Below are positions 37,663 to 47,709 of a DNA stretch of 64,000 bases, in pieces. The notes beneath the pieces are model-generated. The model ran no database searches and was not told the origin of the DNA. It saw only the letters and a list, made by a program, of their open reading frames with translations. Position 1 is the first letter of the stretch; each line of letters begins with the position of its first letter. The position numbers and the translations under genes are program-made. Source of the DNA: Betaproteobacteria bacterium. Its GTDB lineage: Bacteria; Pseudomonadota; Gammaproteobacteria; Burkholderiales; Burkholderiaceae_C. Where the stretch lies: contig JANMJI010000021.1 of the NCBI GenBank assembly GCA_031371275.1, forward strand, positions 2,369-66,368, read 5' to 3'.

Positions 37663-40451
37663 GCGCGGCGCCGCCGCAGCAGCCCGCACACGACCGCGCC
37701 GCCGGCCAGCCACAGCGCAAAAGTACCCGGCTCGGGCACCGGCACGGCGGTGAAGGTGGCGCCCGTCAGGGCGTTGAAGCTGAAGCTGGTGAAGGCGTAC
37801 CCATCGGCCCGGGCGGCAAAACTGACCTGCGCGAATTCGGCTGGGTCCAGCCCCACATAGTTGCCACTGGCGGTGGCCTGGCGCACAAAGTTGCCGATGG
37901 CAAAACCACCGCTGGCCTGGAAGGCGTTGGGGTTGGTGGCGCCCAGGAAGCGGAATTCAACCGCCATCGCCCCCAGGTCGATATCGCTGCCGGCACCGAA
38001 GCGCACTTCGTCAACATCGAAACCCCCGGTGCCGTTGGCCTGCACCTCCAGCACCAGCCGGCTGCCGACGCCGGCCACGTACTTGCCATTGATGTTGAAC
38101 ACCCCCGGCGAGTTGCCCGGGCTGAAGATGCCGTAGTTGGTGATGCTGCCGCTGACGTTGATGCTGCCCGCCGTACCGCCCAGAAAACCATTCGTGCCGA
38201 TGACCACGTCGCGGGCGTTCAGCGTCGCTCCGTTAAGCACCAGCGTGGCGCTGCCGCCGTCGACCGAACCCGTGCCTGTGCCAGTGAGGTTGCGGCCCAC
38301 GCCCACCCAGCCTGCCGTGATGCGCGAGTTTTCGGTGGCGATGACGGTGCCATCACTGCCCGGCAGGCGCGCGATGTAGAAGTTGCCGTCGCCGACATCC
38401 ACGCTGCTGGCACCCTTCAAACGCAGCAGTCCGCTGCCGTCGCGCGCCACGCTCACCACGCCCAGCCCCGGTGCAGCTTGCACCCGCACTTGCGAGCCTC
38501 CAGACAGCGTCAGGCTGCCATCGCCGAGTGGCCCTGGGCCCGTACCACCCAGGTTGAGCGAAGCGCCCTGGCTGCCCGCATTGACCAGCGTGACGATGCT
38601 GCCGTTGGAGAGGCTCGCCACGCCGATGCCGCCAGAGCGACCGATGGACAGAAAAGCACCCGACTGCACATTGCCAGTTTGTTGACCAGCAAACGCCAGC
38701 GCCGCGTTGTCCACGTTCAACACGCCCACGCCACCTGAGCGGCCCACGTTCATGCCGATGGCGCTGACCAGGCCGTGGTCGGCGACGATCAACTGGCCAT
38801 TGCTTTGCGGGCCGTGGCCAACGCCGATGTAGGTGTCGACGCCGCTGAGGCGAATCTCTGAGCCGGCGCCTGTGACACGCGCAATGCCGGTGCCGCCGTT
38901 GGTGGTGTCGCCAGTGCCGCCGATGTACAGGCTGGTGCTGCGGCTGTCGGCGACAGTGGACAGGGCGTTGCCTTCGATCAACAGCTTGCCACCGGCGCTG
39001 ATGGTGAGCGAACCAGAACCGTCGCGGCCGACGCGCATCAATGGGTTGAAAGCTTCAGCGGGCCCGCCGCCGGCCAGCACCGATTGCGCGCTGAGCGCGA
39101 CAACCGAACCCGCGCCGACGATGTTCAAGGTGCCCGCCGATGCCGCTTCACGACCGAGGTCGAGGCTGGCGCCGTTGGTGCGCCCCACGGTGGCTGTCAC
39201 CTCCAGCCTGCCGCCGTTGGACACGGTGACCGTGCCGCTGCCATTGCGCCCGATGTCCGCCGCTGCCACCTGGGCGCTGCCATTGGCCGCCGCGGTGGCG
39301 GTGCCGTTGACCACGACCTGTGAGCCCGCACCGTCGATGGTGAGGCTGCCGTTGGCGCCGTCACGCCCCACCGACGTGTACCAGATGCCCGTCACCTTCG
39401 CGCCCTGGTTGACGTTCAAGGTCGCCGTGCCCAGCCGGCGCCCGACCTGCAAAACACCCGCGTCCGATACGAATTCCACCAAGGAACCAGCGCCCGAGAC
39501 GAGCATGTCGGTGCGGCCGCGGTCGGTCGTGAGATTCAGAAAATTGTAGGTGCCCGTGGGGCCTTCAATGCGCAACTTGCCACCCTGGTCGACGCTGATG
39601 TTGGCCCAGGCCTTGGGGTCGTTGGCGGTGATGATCCCAGCACCCACGGTGATGGTGTTGCCAGTGACGCCGTCCCAGGCCTGGCCGCCGGTGACGACCC
39701 AGCGCGAACCGCTGCCGCGCACGATGACCTCGGTGAAGCTGCCTTCTTGGCCGGTGTTGGCGCTGTCCCATTGCGCGGTGCCGATCTGCGCACGGTCGGT
39801 GCTGAGCAACGCACCCGCCAACACATTCACCCGGCCCTGCACGGTGCCCCCGGCCACGCCGTAGTTGACAACGCCCAGGTTGGAGACCGTCAGCCCCGGG
39901 TGGCCGACAAAGAGGTTGGCGCCGATCAAGGCCTGGGTGCCGGCACCTGTCAGCGTCAGCGTGGCGGACGAGCCCGCGGCGGCGCCCACGAAACTGTCGC
40001 AATAGTGAAACTGCACCAGGCATGGCGTCGGGTTCTGGCGGGTGTCCAGCACTGCGCCCGCGGCCACTGTCAGCGTGCCATCACCCCAGTCACCGACCAA
40101 CAGCCGCTGGGTCTGCGAACCGGCGCCTTCGCCCACCAGTTGCACACGCGTGCCGGCGCCGCTGACCGTGCCCACACCAGGGCCTGTGCCCGTGGTGCCG
40201 AAAGACAAACGCGCCAACTGCAAGAACGAACCGCCACCCACAGCCAGCGTGCCAGCCGAACCCTGGCCGACGTACAGCGCCACGGTGGGCAGGTTGGTGT
40301 CACCCGGGCCGATGACTGCATTGCCCGGTGTGCTGCCGATGGCGCCGCTGGTGGCAATGACGGCGTGCGCCGCCACCGAACACAGGGCTGCGCTGGCTGC
40401 GGCCAGGCGGTGCAGCCTGGTGCGCGGGGGCTTGAACTGTGGGCTCGTCAT
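37623..40451 (-). CDS. Large PEP-CTERM-sorted surface protein with T5SS/PEP-CTERM-associated beta-repeats
   Basis: Signal peptide (AAHA), 8 or more repeats of VG..G.G.L.(I/V)..G...GAGS, SPGNSPG motif, C-terminal VPEPG + TM helix + RRRR. RBS GAGGAG. Confidence 0.9.
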   Translation of the reverse strand: MTSPQFKPPRTRLHRLAAASAALCSVAAHAVIATSGAIGSTPGNAVIGPGDTNLPTVALYVGQGSAGTLAVGGGSFLQLARLSFGTTGTGPGVGTVSGAGTRVQLVGEGAGSQTQRLLVGDWGDGTLTVAAGAVLDTRQNPTPCLVQFHYCDSFVGAAAGSSATLTLTGAGTQALIGANLFVGHPGLTVSNLGVVNYGVAGGTVQGRVNVLAGALLSTDRAQIGTAQWDSANTGQEGSFTEVIVRGSGSRWVVTGGQAWDGVTGNTITVGAGIITANDPKAWANISVDQGGKLRIEGPTGTYNFLNLTTDRGRTDMLVSGAGSLVEFVSDAGVLQVGRRLGTATLNVNQGAKVTGIWYTSVGRDGANGSLTIDGAGSQVVVNGTATAAANGSAQVAAADIGRNGSGTVTVSNGGRLEVTATVGRTNGASLDLGREAASAGTLNIVGAGSVVALSAQSVLAGGGPAEAFNPLMRVGRDGSGSLTISAGGKLLIEGNALSTVADSRSTSLYIGGTGDTTNGGTGIARVTGAGSEIRLSGVDTYIGVGHGPQSNGQLIVADHGLVSAIGMNVGRSGGVGVLNVDNAALAFAGQQTGNVQSGAFLSIGRSGGIGVASLSNGSIVTLVNAGSQGASLNLGGTGPGPLGDGSLTLSGGSQVRVQAAPGLGVVSVARDGSGLLRLKGASSVDVGDGNFYIARLPGSDGTVIATENSRITAGWVGVGRNLTGTGTGSVDGGSATLVLNGATLNARDVVIGTNGFLGGTAGSINVSGSITNYGIFSPGNSPGVFNINGKYVAGVGSRLVLEVQANGTGGFDVDEVRFGAGSDIDLGAMAVEFRFLGATNPNAFQASGGFAIGNFVRQATASGNYVGLDPAEFAQVSFAARADGYAFTSFSFNALTGATFTAVPVPEPGTFALWLAGGAVVCGLLRRRRAQALAPSAFARRA

Positions 40452-40529
40452 TGCAACTCCTCAGTGGGTAAAGGCGGGTGCCTGCAAAAACTGTAGCCAT
40501 CCCTGACGTGCCGGTCATCGTCATTGCTG

Positions 40530-40557
40530 TTGATCGAATGCAAGTGCTGGCCATAAT
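40530..40557 (+). promoter_or_regulatory. sigma70-like promoter of hslR
   Basis: TTGATC-N16-CATAAT, 14 nt upstream of the ATG. Confidence 0.55.
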
Positions 40558-40571
40558 CCGCAGCCGCACGC

Positions 40572-40994
40572 ATGAAGACAGCCGACCCCGCCGAGACCCG
40601 CATCCGCCTGGACAAATGGCTGTGGGCCGCGCGCTTCTACAAGACCCGCGCGCTGGCTTGCGACGACATCCAGCACGGCCGCGTCAGCATCAACGGCCAG
40701 GTGGCCAAGGCTTCACGCGAACCCAAGGTGTGCGACCTGGTGCAGATGCGCCAGGGCCCGTTGCTGCGGGTGGTGCAGGTACTGGCGCTGAGCAACGCCC
40801 GCGGCCCGGCGCCGGTGGCCCAGGCGCTGTATGCCGAAACGCCCGAAAGCCTGGCCGCCCGCGCCCGCGCGGCCGAAGCGCGCCGCCTGGGTGCGGAGCC
40901 GGCCGCCACCATCGAACAAGGCCGCCCGACCAAACGCAACCGGCGCGAATTGGCTGACTGGCAGCGCTGGAGCGCCAGCATCGACGACGCGTAG
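40572..40994 (+). CDS. hslR: Ribosome-associated heat-shock protein Hsp15 (S4 domain)
   Basis: RLDKWLWAARFYKTR, GRPTKRNRR. Confidence 0.94.
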   Translation: MKTADPAETRIRLDKWLWAARFYKTRALACDDIQHGRVSINGQVAKASREPKVCDLVQMRQGPLLRVVQVLALSNARGPAPVAQALYAETPESLAARARAAEARRLGAEPAATIEQGRPTKRNRRELADWQRWSASIDDA

Positions 40995-41117
40995 CCACGC
41001 GTGCGGGCCGCGCGCCCGGCCGCCAGGCCGCCGGGCCGCCGGGCGTCCATGGTGGCCCGCCAGCCCCTTGAGGAACCGCTCGATGGTCCCGTCGGATGTG
41101 GCGCTGCACATAACCCT

Positions 41118-41145
41118 CTTGAAAACCGGGTCAGGGCCCCCACCC
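41118..41145 (+). promoter_or_regulatory. sigma32 (RpoH) promoter of grpE
   Basis: CTTGAA-N14-CCCCACCT versus consensus CTTGAA-N13/14-CCCCATNT. Confidence 0.75.
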
Positions 41146-41173
41146 TTCTTCGCAGACGATTTTCTTTCACACC

Positions 41174-41695
41174 ATGAACGAGACGCCCGAACCCCAACCC
41201 ACCCCTTTTGCAGCGCCGGATATCGCCGCTGCCGCCCCGTCGGCCGAGCAGCTGCTGGCCGAGCTTCAAGCCAAGGCCAGCGAAGCCACCGACGCCTATC
41301 TGCGCGCCAAGGCCGAGGCTGAAAACACGCGCAGGCGCGCCGAAGAAGACATCGCCAAGGCGCGCCGGTTTGCGGTCGAAGGCTTTGCTGAAAGTCTGCT
41401 GCCGGTGCGTGACAGCCTGGAAGCGGCCATCACCATGCCCAACGCCACGCCAGAACAACTGCTGGAAGGCGTGCACGCCACGCTGCGGCAGCTGACGCAG
41501 GCGCTGGAACGCAACAAGGTGCTGCCCATCGCGCCACCGGCGGGTACCAAGTTCGACCCGCACCAGCACCAGGCCATCAGCGTCGTGCCGGCCGAGCAAG
41601 AGGCCAACACGGTGGTGATGGTGCTGCAAAAAGGCTACCTCATCGCCGACCGCGTGTTGCGCCCGGCCTTGGTCACGGTGACTGCACCGAAATAG
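41174..41695 (+). CDS. grpE: Nucleotide exchange factor GrpE
   Basis: [46 protein letters not shown]. Confidence 0.97.
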   Translation: MNETPEPQPTPFAAPDIAAAAPSAEQLLAELQAKASEATDAYLRAKAEAENTRRRAEEDIAKARRFAVEGFAESLLPVRDSLEAAITMPNATPEQLLEGVHATLRQLTQALERNKVLPIAPPAGTKFDPHQHQAISVVPAEQEANTVVMVLQKGYLIADRVLRPALVTVTAPK

Positions 41696-41725
41696 GTTCG
41701 CAAGCACGACCCACTGCCCGGCGCC

Positions 41726-41752
41726 CTTGAAAGCCGGCAAGTTATCCACAAC
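41726..41752 (+). promoter_or_regulatory. Probable sigma32 promoter of dnaK overlapped by a perfect DnaA box (TTATCCACA, 41742-41750)
   Basis: CTTGAA at 41726-41731. The region where the -10 should lie reads TCCACAAC and is part of the DnaA box. Confidence 0.6.
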
Positions 41753-41791
41753 TCCAAGACAACCGTTTTCACTCCGCAGGAGCCAACAGAC

Positions 41792-43762
41792 ATGGGCAAG
41801 ATCATCGGCATCGACCTGGGCACGACCAATTCGTGCGTGGCCATCATGGAAGGCAACACCACCAAGGTGATAGAGAACAGCGAAGGTGCGCGCACCACGC
41901 CTTCGATCATTGCCTACCAGGAAGACGGTGAGGTGCTGGTCGGCGCTTCGGCCAAGCGCCAGAGCGTGACCAACCCGCGCAACACGCTGTACGCGGTGAA
42001 GCGCTTGATCGGCCGCAAGTTCGCCGAGAAGGAAGTGCAAAAGGACATCGAACTGATGCCCTACACCATCGCCGCAGCCGACAACGGCGACGCTTGGGTG
42101 GAAGTGCGCGGCAAGAAATTCGCGCCGCCGCAGATCAGCGCCGAAGTGCTGCGCAAGATGAAGAAAACCGCCGAAGATTACTTGGGCGAAGAAGTCACCG
42201 AAGCCGTCATCACGGTGCCGGCCTACTTCAATGATTCGCAGCGCCAGGCGACCAAGGATGCTGGGCGCATTGCCGGTCTGGATGTCAAGCGCATCATCAA
42301 TGAGCCCACCGCCGCGGCGCTGGCTTTCGGCCTGGACAAACACGGCAAGGGCGACCGCAAGATTGCGGTGTTCGATCTGGGCGGCGGCACCTTCGATATC
42401 AGCATCATCGAAATTGCCGATGTCGACGGTGAAAAGCAGTTCGAAGTGCTGTCGACCAACGGCGACACCTTCCTCGGTGGCGAAGACTTCGACCAACGCA
42501 TCATCGACTACATCGTCACCGAGTTCAAAAAGGAACAGGGTGTTGACCTGACCAAGGACGTGCTGGCCTTGCAGCGCCTGAAGGAAGCGGCCGAGAAGGC
42601 CAAGATCGAGTTGAGCAACAACACCCAGACCGACATCAACCTGCCCTACATCACGGCCGATGCCACGGGCCCGCGCCACCTGAACATCAAGCTCACGCGC
42701 GCCAAGCTGGAAAGCCTGGTGGACGAGCTCATCCAGCGCACGATGGAGCCTTGCCGCATCGCGGTGAAGGACGCCGGGGTGAAGTTGACAGAAATCGACG
42801 ACATCATTTTGGTCGGCGGCATGAGCCGGATGCCCAAGGTGCAGGAGAAGGTCAAAGAGTTCTTCGGCAAGGAACCACGCAAGGACGTGAACCCCGACGA
42901 AGCCGTCGCCGTGGGCGCGGCCATTCAGGGCCAGGTGCTGGCAGGTGACCGCAAGGACGTGCTACTGCTGGATGTGACGCCACTGTCGCTGGGTATCGAA
43001 ACCCTGGGCGGCGTGATGACGAAGATGATCAAGAAGAACACGACCATTCCGACCAAGTTCGCGCAGACCTTCAGCACCGCCGACGACAACCAGCCGGCCG
43101 TGACCATCAAAGTGTTCCAAGGCGAACGTGAATTGGCCGTGGGCAACAAGAGCCTGGGTGAGTTCAACCTGGAAGGCATACCGCCGGCACCGCGCGGCCT
43201 GCCGCAAATTGAAGTGGCGTTTGACATCGACGCGAACGGCATCTTGCATGTCAGCGCCAAAGACAAAGGCACGGGCAAGGAAAACAAGATCACCATCAAG
43301 GCAAACTCTGGTTTGAGCGAAGCCGAGATCGAGAAGATGGTGAAGGACGCCGAAGCCAATGCCGTTGAAGACGGCAAGAAGCTGGAACTGGTGCAGGCCC
43401 GCAATGCCGCCGACGGCATGATGCACTCGGTAAAAAAGAGCCTGGCCGAATACGGTGACAAGCTAGACGCCCCCGAGAAGGAAAAGATCGAAGCTGCGCT
43501 GAAAGCGGTCGAGGTGGCGCTGGCCGGTGACGACAAGGCAGACATCGAAGCCAAGACCGAAGCGCTGATGGCGGCCAGCCAGAAGCTGGGCGAAAAGGTG
43601 TACGCCGAAACGCAGGCTGCGGCTGCGGCCGCCGGAGCAGCGGGCGCGGCTGGTGCCGCTGGTTCAGAAACCGGCCCAGCCGCTGGCGCCGAAGCACCCA
43701 AGGCCAAGCCGGCCGACGACAACGTGGTGGACGCCGACTTCAAGGAAGTGAAGAAGGCCTAA
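41792..43762 (+). CDS. dnaK: Chaperone DnaK
   Basis: [33 protein letters not shown]-terminal VVDADFKEV. Confidence 0.99.
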   Translation: MGKIIGIDLGTTNSCVAIMEGNTTKVIENSEGARTTPSIIAYQEDGEVLVGASAKRQSVTNPRNTLYAVKRLIGRKFAEKEVQKDIELMPYTIAAADNGDAWVEVRGKKFAPPQISAEVLRKMKKTAEDYLGEEVTEAVITVPAYFNDSQRQATKDAGRIAGLDVKRIINEPTAAALAFGLDKHGKGDRKIAVFDLGGGTFDISIIEIADVDGEKQFEVLSTNGDTFLGGEDFDQRIIDYIVTEFKKEQGVDLTKDVLALQRLKEAAEKAKIELSNNTQTDINLPYITADATGPRHLNIKLTRAKLESLVDELIQRTMEPCRIAVKDAGVKLTEIDDIILVGGMSRMPKVQEKVKEFFGKEPRKDVNPDEAVAVGAAIQGQVLAGDRKDVLLLDVTPLSLGIETLGGVMTKMIKKNTTIPTKFAQTFSTADDNQPAVTIKVFQGERELAVGNKSLGEFNLEGIPPAPRGLPQIEVAFDIDANGILHVSAKDKGTGKENKITIKANSGLSEAEIEKMVKDAEANAVEDGKKLELVQARNAADGMMHSVKKSLAEYGDKLDAPEKEKIEAALKAVEVALAGDDKADIEAKTEALMAASQKLGEKVYAETQAAAAAAGAAGAAGAAGSETGPAAGAEAPKAKPADDNVVDADFKEVKKA

Positions 43763-43804
43763 GCCCGGGTATGCCGTCCGGCCACGCGGCCTGATGGGCT
43801 GTCT

Positions 43805-43848
43805 CGCCGCGTTTGAGGTGCAGGACATGCCGGCACCTCAACGCGGCG
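43805..43848 (+). terminator. Strong stem-loop between dnaK and dnaJ (leaky terminator or stabiliser)
   Basis: CGCCGCGTTTGAGGTGC / GCACCTCAACGCGGCG with one bulge, followed by a weak U tract. Confidence 0.6.
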
Positions 43849-43875
43849 GCTCTGTTTAAGCACTTGAGAATTTTC

Positions 43876-45021
43876 ATGGCCAAACGCGACTTCTACGACA
43901 TCCTGGGTGTGCCCAAAAACGCCACGGACGAAGACATCAAGAAGGCCTATCGGCGCCTGGCGGGCAAGCACCACCCCGACCGCCACCAGGGCGACGACGC
44001 CAAGAAGGCAGAGGAGAAATTCAAGGAGGCCAAAGAAGCCTACGAGATGCTCTCTGACCCGCAAAAGCGCGCTGCTTACGACCAGCATGGCCACGCTGGT
44101 GTAGATCCGAACCTGGCCGGCCGCGGTGGCCCGGGTGGCGAAGGTTTTGGCGGTTTTGCCGAAGCCTTTGGCGACATCTTTGGCGACATCTTCGGCGGCC
44201 AGGGCGGCCAGCGCCGTGGCGGCGCAGGCCAGCAGGTCTACCGCGGCAGCGACCTCAGCTACGCGATGGAAATCAGCCTGGAAGAAGCCGCCTTCGGCAA
44301 GGAAACGCAGATTCGCGTGCCGAGCTGGGAAAGCTGCGACACCTGCAAAGGCAGCGGCGCCAAACCCGGCACCAGCGCCAAGACCTGCACCACCTGCAAC
44401 GGCGCCGGCACGGTACACATGCGCCAGGGTTTTTTCAGCATTCAGCAAGCCTGCCCGCACTGCCACGGCAGCGGCAAGATCATTCCTGAGCCCTGCGCCA
44501 CCTGCAGCGGCCAGGGCAAGATCAAGAAGCAGAAGACGCTGGAAGTGAAGATACCCCCAGGCATCAACGAAGGCATGCGCATTCGCAGCGCCGGCAACGG
44601 CGAGCCCGGCACCAACGGCGGCCCGGCGGGTGATCTGTACATCGAGATTCGCGTCAAGCAGCACGAGATTTTCGAGCGCGACGGTGACGACCTGCACTGC
44701 ACCGTGCCGGTGGGCCTGACGACCGCGGCTTTGGGCGGCACCATCGAAGTGCCCACGCTGGGCAGCAAGGCGGAGATTGAGCTGCCCGAGGGCACCCAGC
44801 ATGGCAAGACATTCCGCCTGCGCGGCAAGGGCGTGAAGGGCCTGCGCAGCAGCTACCCGGGCGACCTGTACTGCCATGTCAGCGTGGAAACGCCGGTCAA
44901 GTTGACCGAGCACCAGCGCAAACTGCTCAAAGAGCTGGACGAGGCTTTCCGCAAGAGCGGCGACCGCCATTCGCCCACCACCAAGAGCTGGGGCGACCGG
45001 GTGAAAGATCTGTTCAAGTAG
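43876..45021 (+). CDS. dnaJ: Chaperone DnaJ
   Basis: J-domain HPD, G/F region, four CxxCxGxG repeats. Confidence 0.98.
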   Translation: MAKRDFYDILGVPKNATDEDIKKAYRRLAGKHHPDRHQGDDAKKAEEKFKEAKEAYEMLSDPQKRAAYDQHGHAGVDPNLAGRGGPGGEGFGGFAEAFGDIFGDIFGGQGGQRRGGAGQQVYRGSDLSYAMEISLEEAAFGKETQIRVPSWESCDTCKGSGAKPGTSAKTCTTCNGAGTVHMRQGFFSIQQACPHCHGSGKIIPEPCATCSGQGKIKKQKTLEVKIPPGINEGMRIRSAGNGEPGTNGGPAGDLYIEIRVKQHEIFERDGDDLHCTVPVGLTTAALGGTIEVPTLGSKAEIELPEGTQHGKTFRLRGKGVKGLRSSYPGDLYCHVSVETPVKLTEHQRKLLKELDEAFRKSGDRHSPTTKSWGDRVKDLFK

Positions 45022-45092
45022 GGCCCTTGGCCACGCCGGTGCGGGCACGATCATTTCGTCCACACCCTCTAACACCTGTCGATCCTGCGCCG

Positions 45093-46232
45093 CTAGAAAA
45101 GCAGCCCCTGCCCGGCCTGCTTGGCGGGTGGTCGAAAGCGTGTCAGGTCCAGCTCCAGCCGCTGGCGGTTCAAGCCCAGGCGCGCGCAGGCCTTGTTGAC
45201 ACGCTGGCGCAGCAACTGCGCCCACACGCCCTGCCCCGTCATGCGGCTGCCAAAGCGGCTGTCGTTGTCTTTGCCACCGCGCATCTCGCGCACGCGGGCC
45301 ATGATGCGCGCCGCGCGTTCGGGCACATGCTGGTCCAGCCACTGCTGGAACAGCGGGTTCACTTCCCAGGGCAGGCGCAGCACGATGCTGAAGGCCGAAG
45401 TGGCGCCGGCGTTGCAGGCCGCTTCCAGGATGCGTTCCAGTTCGGGCTCGTTCAGAAAGGGAATCACCGGCGACACGCTCACGCCCACGGGTATGCCCGC
45501 TTTGGCAAGCGCCTCCATCGTGCGCAGTCGGCGGTGCGGCGCAGCGGCCCGGGGTTCCAGCTTGCGCGCCAGTTCGCCATCCAGTGTGGTGAGTGACACG
45601 TACGCCGCGGCCAGGCTTTGTGCGGCCATCGGCGCGATGAGGTCGATGTCGCGTTCGATCAGGCTGCTCTTGGTGATGATGGAAAACGGGTGCCGGGTTT
45701 CAGACAGCACCTCGATCACCGAACGCGTGATGCGCAGCCTGCGCTCGGCCGGCTGGTAGGCGTCTGTCACCGAGCCGATGTTCAGGTGGCAGGGCGTGTA
45801 GCCGCGTGCCGACAACGCTTCACGCAGCCGTTCGGCGGCGTTGACCTTGGCAATGATGCGGGTCTCGAAATCAAGCCCCGGTGACAGGTTCAGGTAGCTG
45901 TGTGTGGGCCTGGCGTAGCAATACACGCAGCCATGTTCGCAGCCGCGGTAGGGGTTGATGGAAAGGTCGAAGCCGATGTCTGGCGAATCATTGCCCGACA
46001 GGATGCCGCGCACGTTTTCTTCCAGCACCTGGGTGGCGGGCGCCGCCTGTTCTTGCAGCGCGGCCTGTTCCAGCGTGCCCCAGCCATCGTCGAATTCACC
46101 ACGGCTGCGTTCGTTGAAACGGTGTTCGATGGCCCACACCGTGCCGCGCCCCTTTTGCGGGTTCTGGGCAGCCGGTGGCGGCGCGAACATCAGCGTGGCC
46201 GCTGACGGCCGGGCGGTGGTGGGTGTTGCCAT
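45093..46232 (-). CDS. PA0069-family radical SAM protein (SplB-like, DNA-damage associated)
   Basis: NDSPDIGFDLSINPYRGCEHGCVYCYARP, TDAYQPAE, ITKS, LEPRA. Start set at 46232 by the promoter. Confidence 0.92.
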   Translation of the reverse strand: MATPTTARPSAATLMFAPPPAAQNPQKGRGTVWAIEHRFNERSRGEFDDGWGTLEQAALQEQAAPATQVLEENVRGILSGNDSPDIGFDLSINPYRGCEHGCVYCYARPTHSYLNLSPGLDFETRIIAKVNAAERLREALSARGYTPCHLNIGSVTDAYQPAERRLRITRSVIEVLSETRHPFSIITKSSLIERDIDLIAPMAAQSLAAAYVSLTTLDGELARKLEPRAAAPHRRLRTMEALAKAGIPVGVSVSPVIPFLNEPELERILEAACNAGATSAFSIVLRLPWEVNPLFQQWLDQHVPERAARIMARVREMRGGKDNDSRFGSRMTGQGVWAQLLRQRVNKACARLGLNRQRLELDLTRFRPPAKQAGQGLLF

Positions 46233-46251
46233 ACTGGGAATATATCCAGTA
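46232..46251 (-). promoter_or_regulatory. LexA (SOS) box TACTGGATATATTCCCAGTA
   Basis: CTG-N10-CAG core at 46234-46249 with TA flanks and an AT-rich centre, directly abutting the start codon. Confidence 0.85.
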
Positions 46252-46267
46252 CGCATACATGCTGCAA
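46239..46267 (-). promoter_or_regulatory. sigma70 promoter TTGCAG-N17-TATATT predicting +1 at the ATG (leaderless mRNA)
   Basis: Exact 17-nt spacer, 6 nt between the -10 and the ATG, no Shine-Dalgarno. Confidence 0.7.
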
Positions 46268-46296
46268 GCCGCTTTTCAGCCGCCGCTCTGAACAGA

Positions 46297-47709
46297 TCAG
46301 TACTCGGCCCCGCCGCTGCCGGGCGCCAGGTTCTCAAAACGCGTCATGGGCTTCAGGAAGGTCAGCTTCACATCGCCCACCGGCCCATTGCGCTGCTTGG
46401 CGATGATGATTTCGGTGACGCCGGGTGCTTTGCTGGCTTCCTTGTTGTAGTAGTCGTCGCGGTAGATGAACATGATGATGTCGGCGTCCTGCTCGATGGC
46501 GCCCGATTCGCGCAGGTCGCTCATCATGGGCCGCTTGTCGTTGCGCGTTTCTACGCTGCGGTTGAGTTGCGACAAGGCCAGCACCGGGCATTGCAATTCC
46601 TTGGCCAGCGCCTTCAGCCCGCGCGAGATTTCGCCCAGTTCGGTGGCGCGGTTTTCGTCCGACCCACTGCTGCCGCTCATCAGCTGCAGGTAGTCGATGA
46701 CGATCAAGCCCAGCGTGCCGAATTGGCGTGCCATGCGGCGCGCGCGCGCGCGCAGTTCGCTGCCGGTCAGCGCCGCCGTCTCGTCGATGTACAGATGCAC
46801 ATTGCCCAGGCGCTCGACGGCATCTGCGAGCCGTTCCCATTCGTCGTTCTTCAGCCGGCCCGTGCGCAGGTTCTGCTGGTCGATGCGGCCCAGGCTGCCG
46901 ACCAGCCGCAGCGCCAGTTGTGATGCGCCCATCTCCATCGAGAAAACCAGCACGGGCAGGCCTTCCTGCACGGCCACATGTTCTGCAATGTTCAGCGCAA
47001 AAGCCGTCTTGCCCATCGAAGGCCGTGCGGCCAGCACGATGAGATCGCCTTTTTGCAGCCCGGCCGTCATGCGGTCCAGGTCATAAAAGCCGGTGCGCAC
47101 CCCGGTCACGTCTTCAGCGCCGTTGTCGTGCAGTTCCTGGACGCGGTCCATCAACGGCACGACGAGCTTGTTGATGCCCTGGAAACCTTGCTTCTGCCGC
47201 GAGCCTTCTTCGCCGATCTGGAAGATCTTGCTTTCGGCTTCATCCAGCACCGTGCTGACCTGGCGGCCCGCCGGGTTGAAGGCGCTGGTGGCAATGTCGT
47301 CGCTGGCGGCGATGAGTTTGCGCAGGATCGAGCGCTCGCGCACGATCTCTGCATAACGCCGCATGTTGGCGGCACTGGGCACGCTCTGCGCCAAGGCATT
47401 CAGGTAGGCCAGGCCGCCCACGTCCTGCGCCTTGCCCAGGCTTTGCAGCTGCTCGTAGACGGTGATGACGTCGGCCGGTTTGCTGTGCGCCACCAGCGCG
47501 CCGATGGCGGCGTAGATCAACCGATGTTCGTGGCGGTAGAAGTCGCCGTCGGTCAGCAGGTCGCCGGCGCGGTCCCAGGCCAGATTGTCCAGCAGCAGGC
47601 CGCCCAGCACGCTTTGTTCGGCTTCCACCGAATGCGGTGGCACGCGCAGGCGCGCCACTTCGTCGTCACGGTGGAAGGTGGTGTCGCGGGGGTCGAGGAG
47701 GGCACTCAT
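46297..47709 (-). CDS. dnaB: Replicative DNA helicase
   Basis: PPHSVEAEQSVLG, ARPSMGKTAF, SMEM, IDYLQL, LSQLNR, DLRESGAIEQDAD, KQRNGP. Confidence 0.98.
   Translation of the reverse strand: MSALLDPRDTTFHRDDEVARLRVPPHSVEAEQSVLGGLLLDNLAWDRAGDLLTDGDFYRHEHRLIYAAIGALVAHSKPADVITVYEQLQSLGKAQDVGGLAYLNALAQSVPSAANMRRYAEIVRERSILRKLIAASDDIATSAFNPAGRQVSTVLDEAESKIFQIGEEGSRQKQGFQGINKLVVPLMDRVQELHDNGAEDVTGVRTGFYDLDRMTAGLQKGDLIVLAARPSMGKTAFALNIAEHVAVQEGLPVLVFSMEMGASQLALRLVGSLGRIDQQNLRTGRLKNDEWERLADAVERLGNVHLYIDETAALTGSELRARARRMARQFGTLGLIVIDYLQLMSGSSGSDENRATELGEISRGLKALAKELQCPVLALSQLNRSVETRNDKRPMMSDLRESGAIEQDADIIMFIYRDDYYNKEASKAPGVTEIIIAKQRNGPVGDVKLTFLKPMTRFENLAPGSGGAEY

Noticed and set aside
40482-40500. sigma54 promoter for the PEP-CTERM gene (TGGCTACAGTTTTTGCA, minus strand)
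   Set aside because: GG and GC are 11 nt apart, and sigma54 strictly needs 10. It is tempting because PEP-CTERM genes are often sigma54/PrsR-driven, so it is worth rechecking the A5 run in reads.
40530-40543. FNR-like TTGAT-CGAA-TGCAA
   Set aside because: It has only one good half-site and is better explained as the -35 of the hslR promoter.
40995-41791. CIRCE/HrcA operator in the heat-shock cluster
   Set aside because: No TTAGCACTC-N9-GAGTGCTAA was seen. The sigma32-type promoters explain the region.
40637-42679. 680-aa minus-strand ORF opposite grpE/dnaK
   Set aside because: It matches the well-known dnaK antisense ORF often mis-annotated as NAD-specific glutamate dehydrogenase. This is an artefact of dnaK codon usage.
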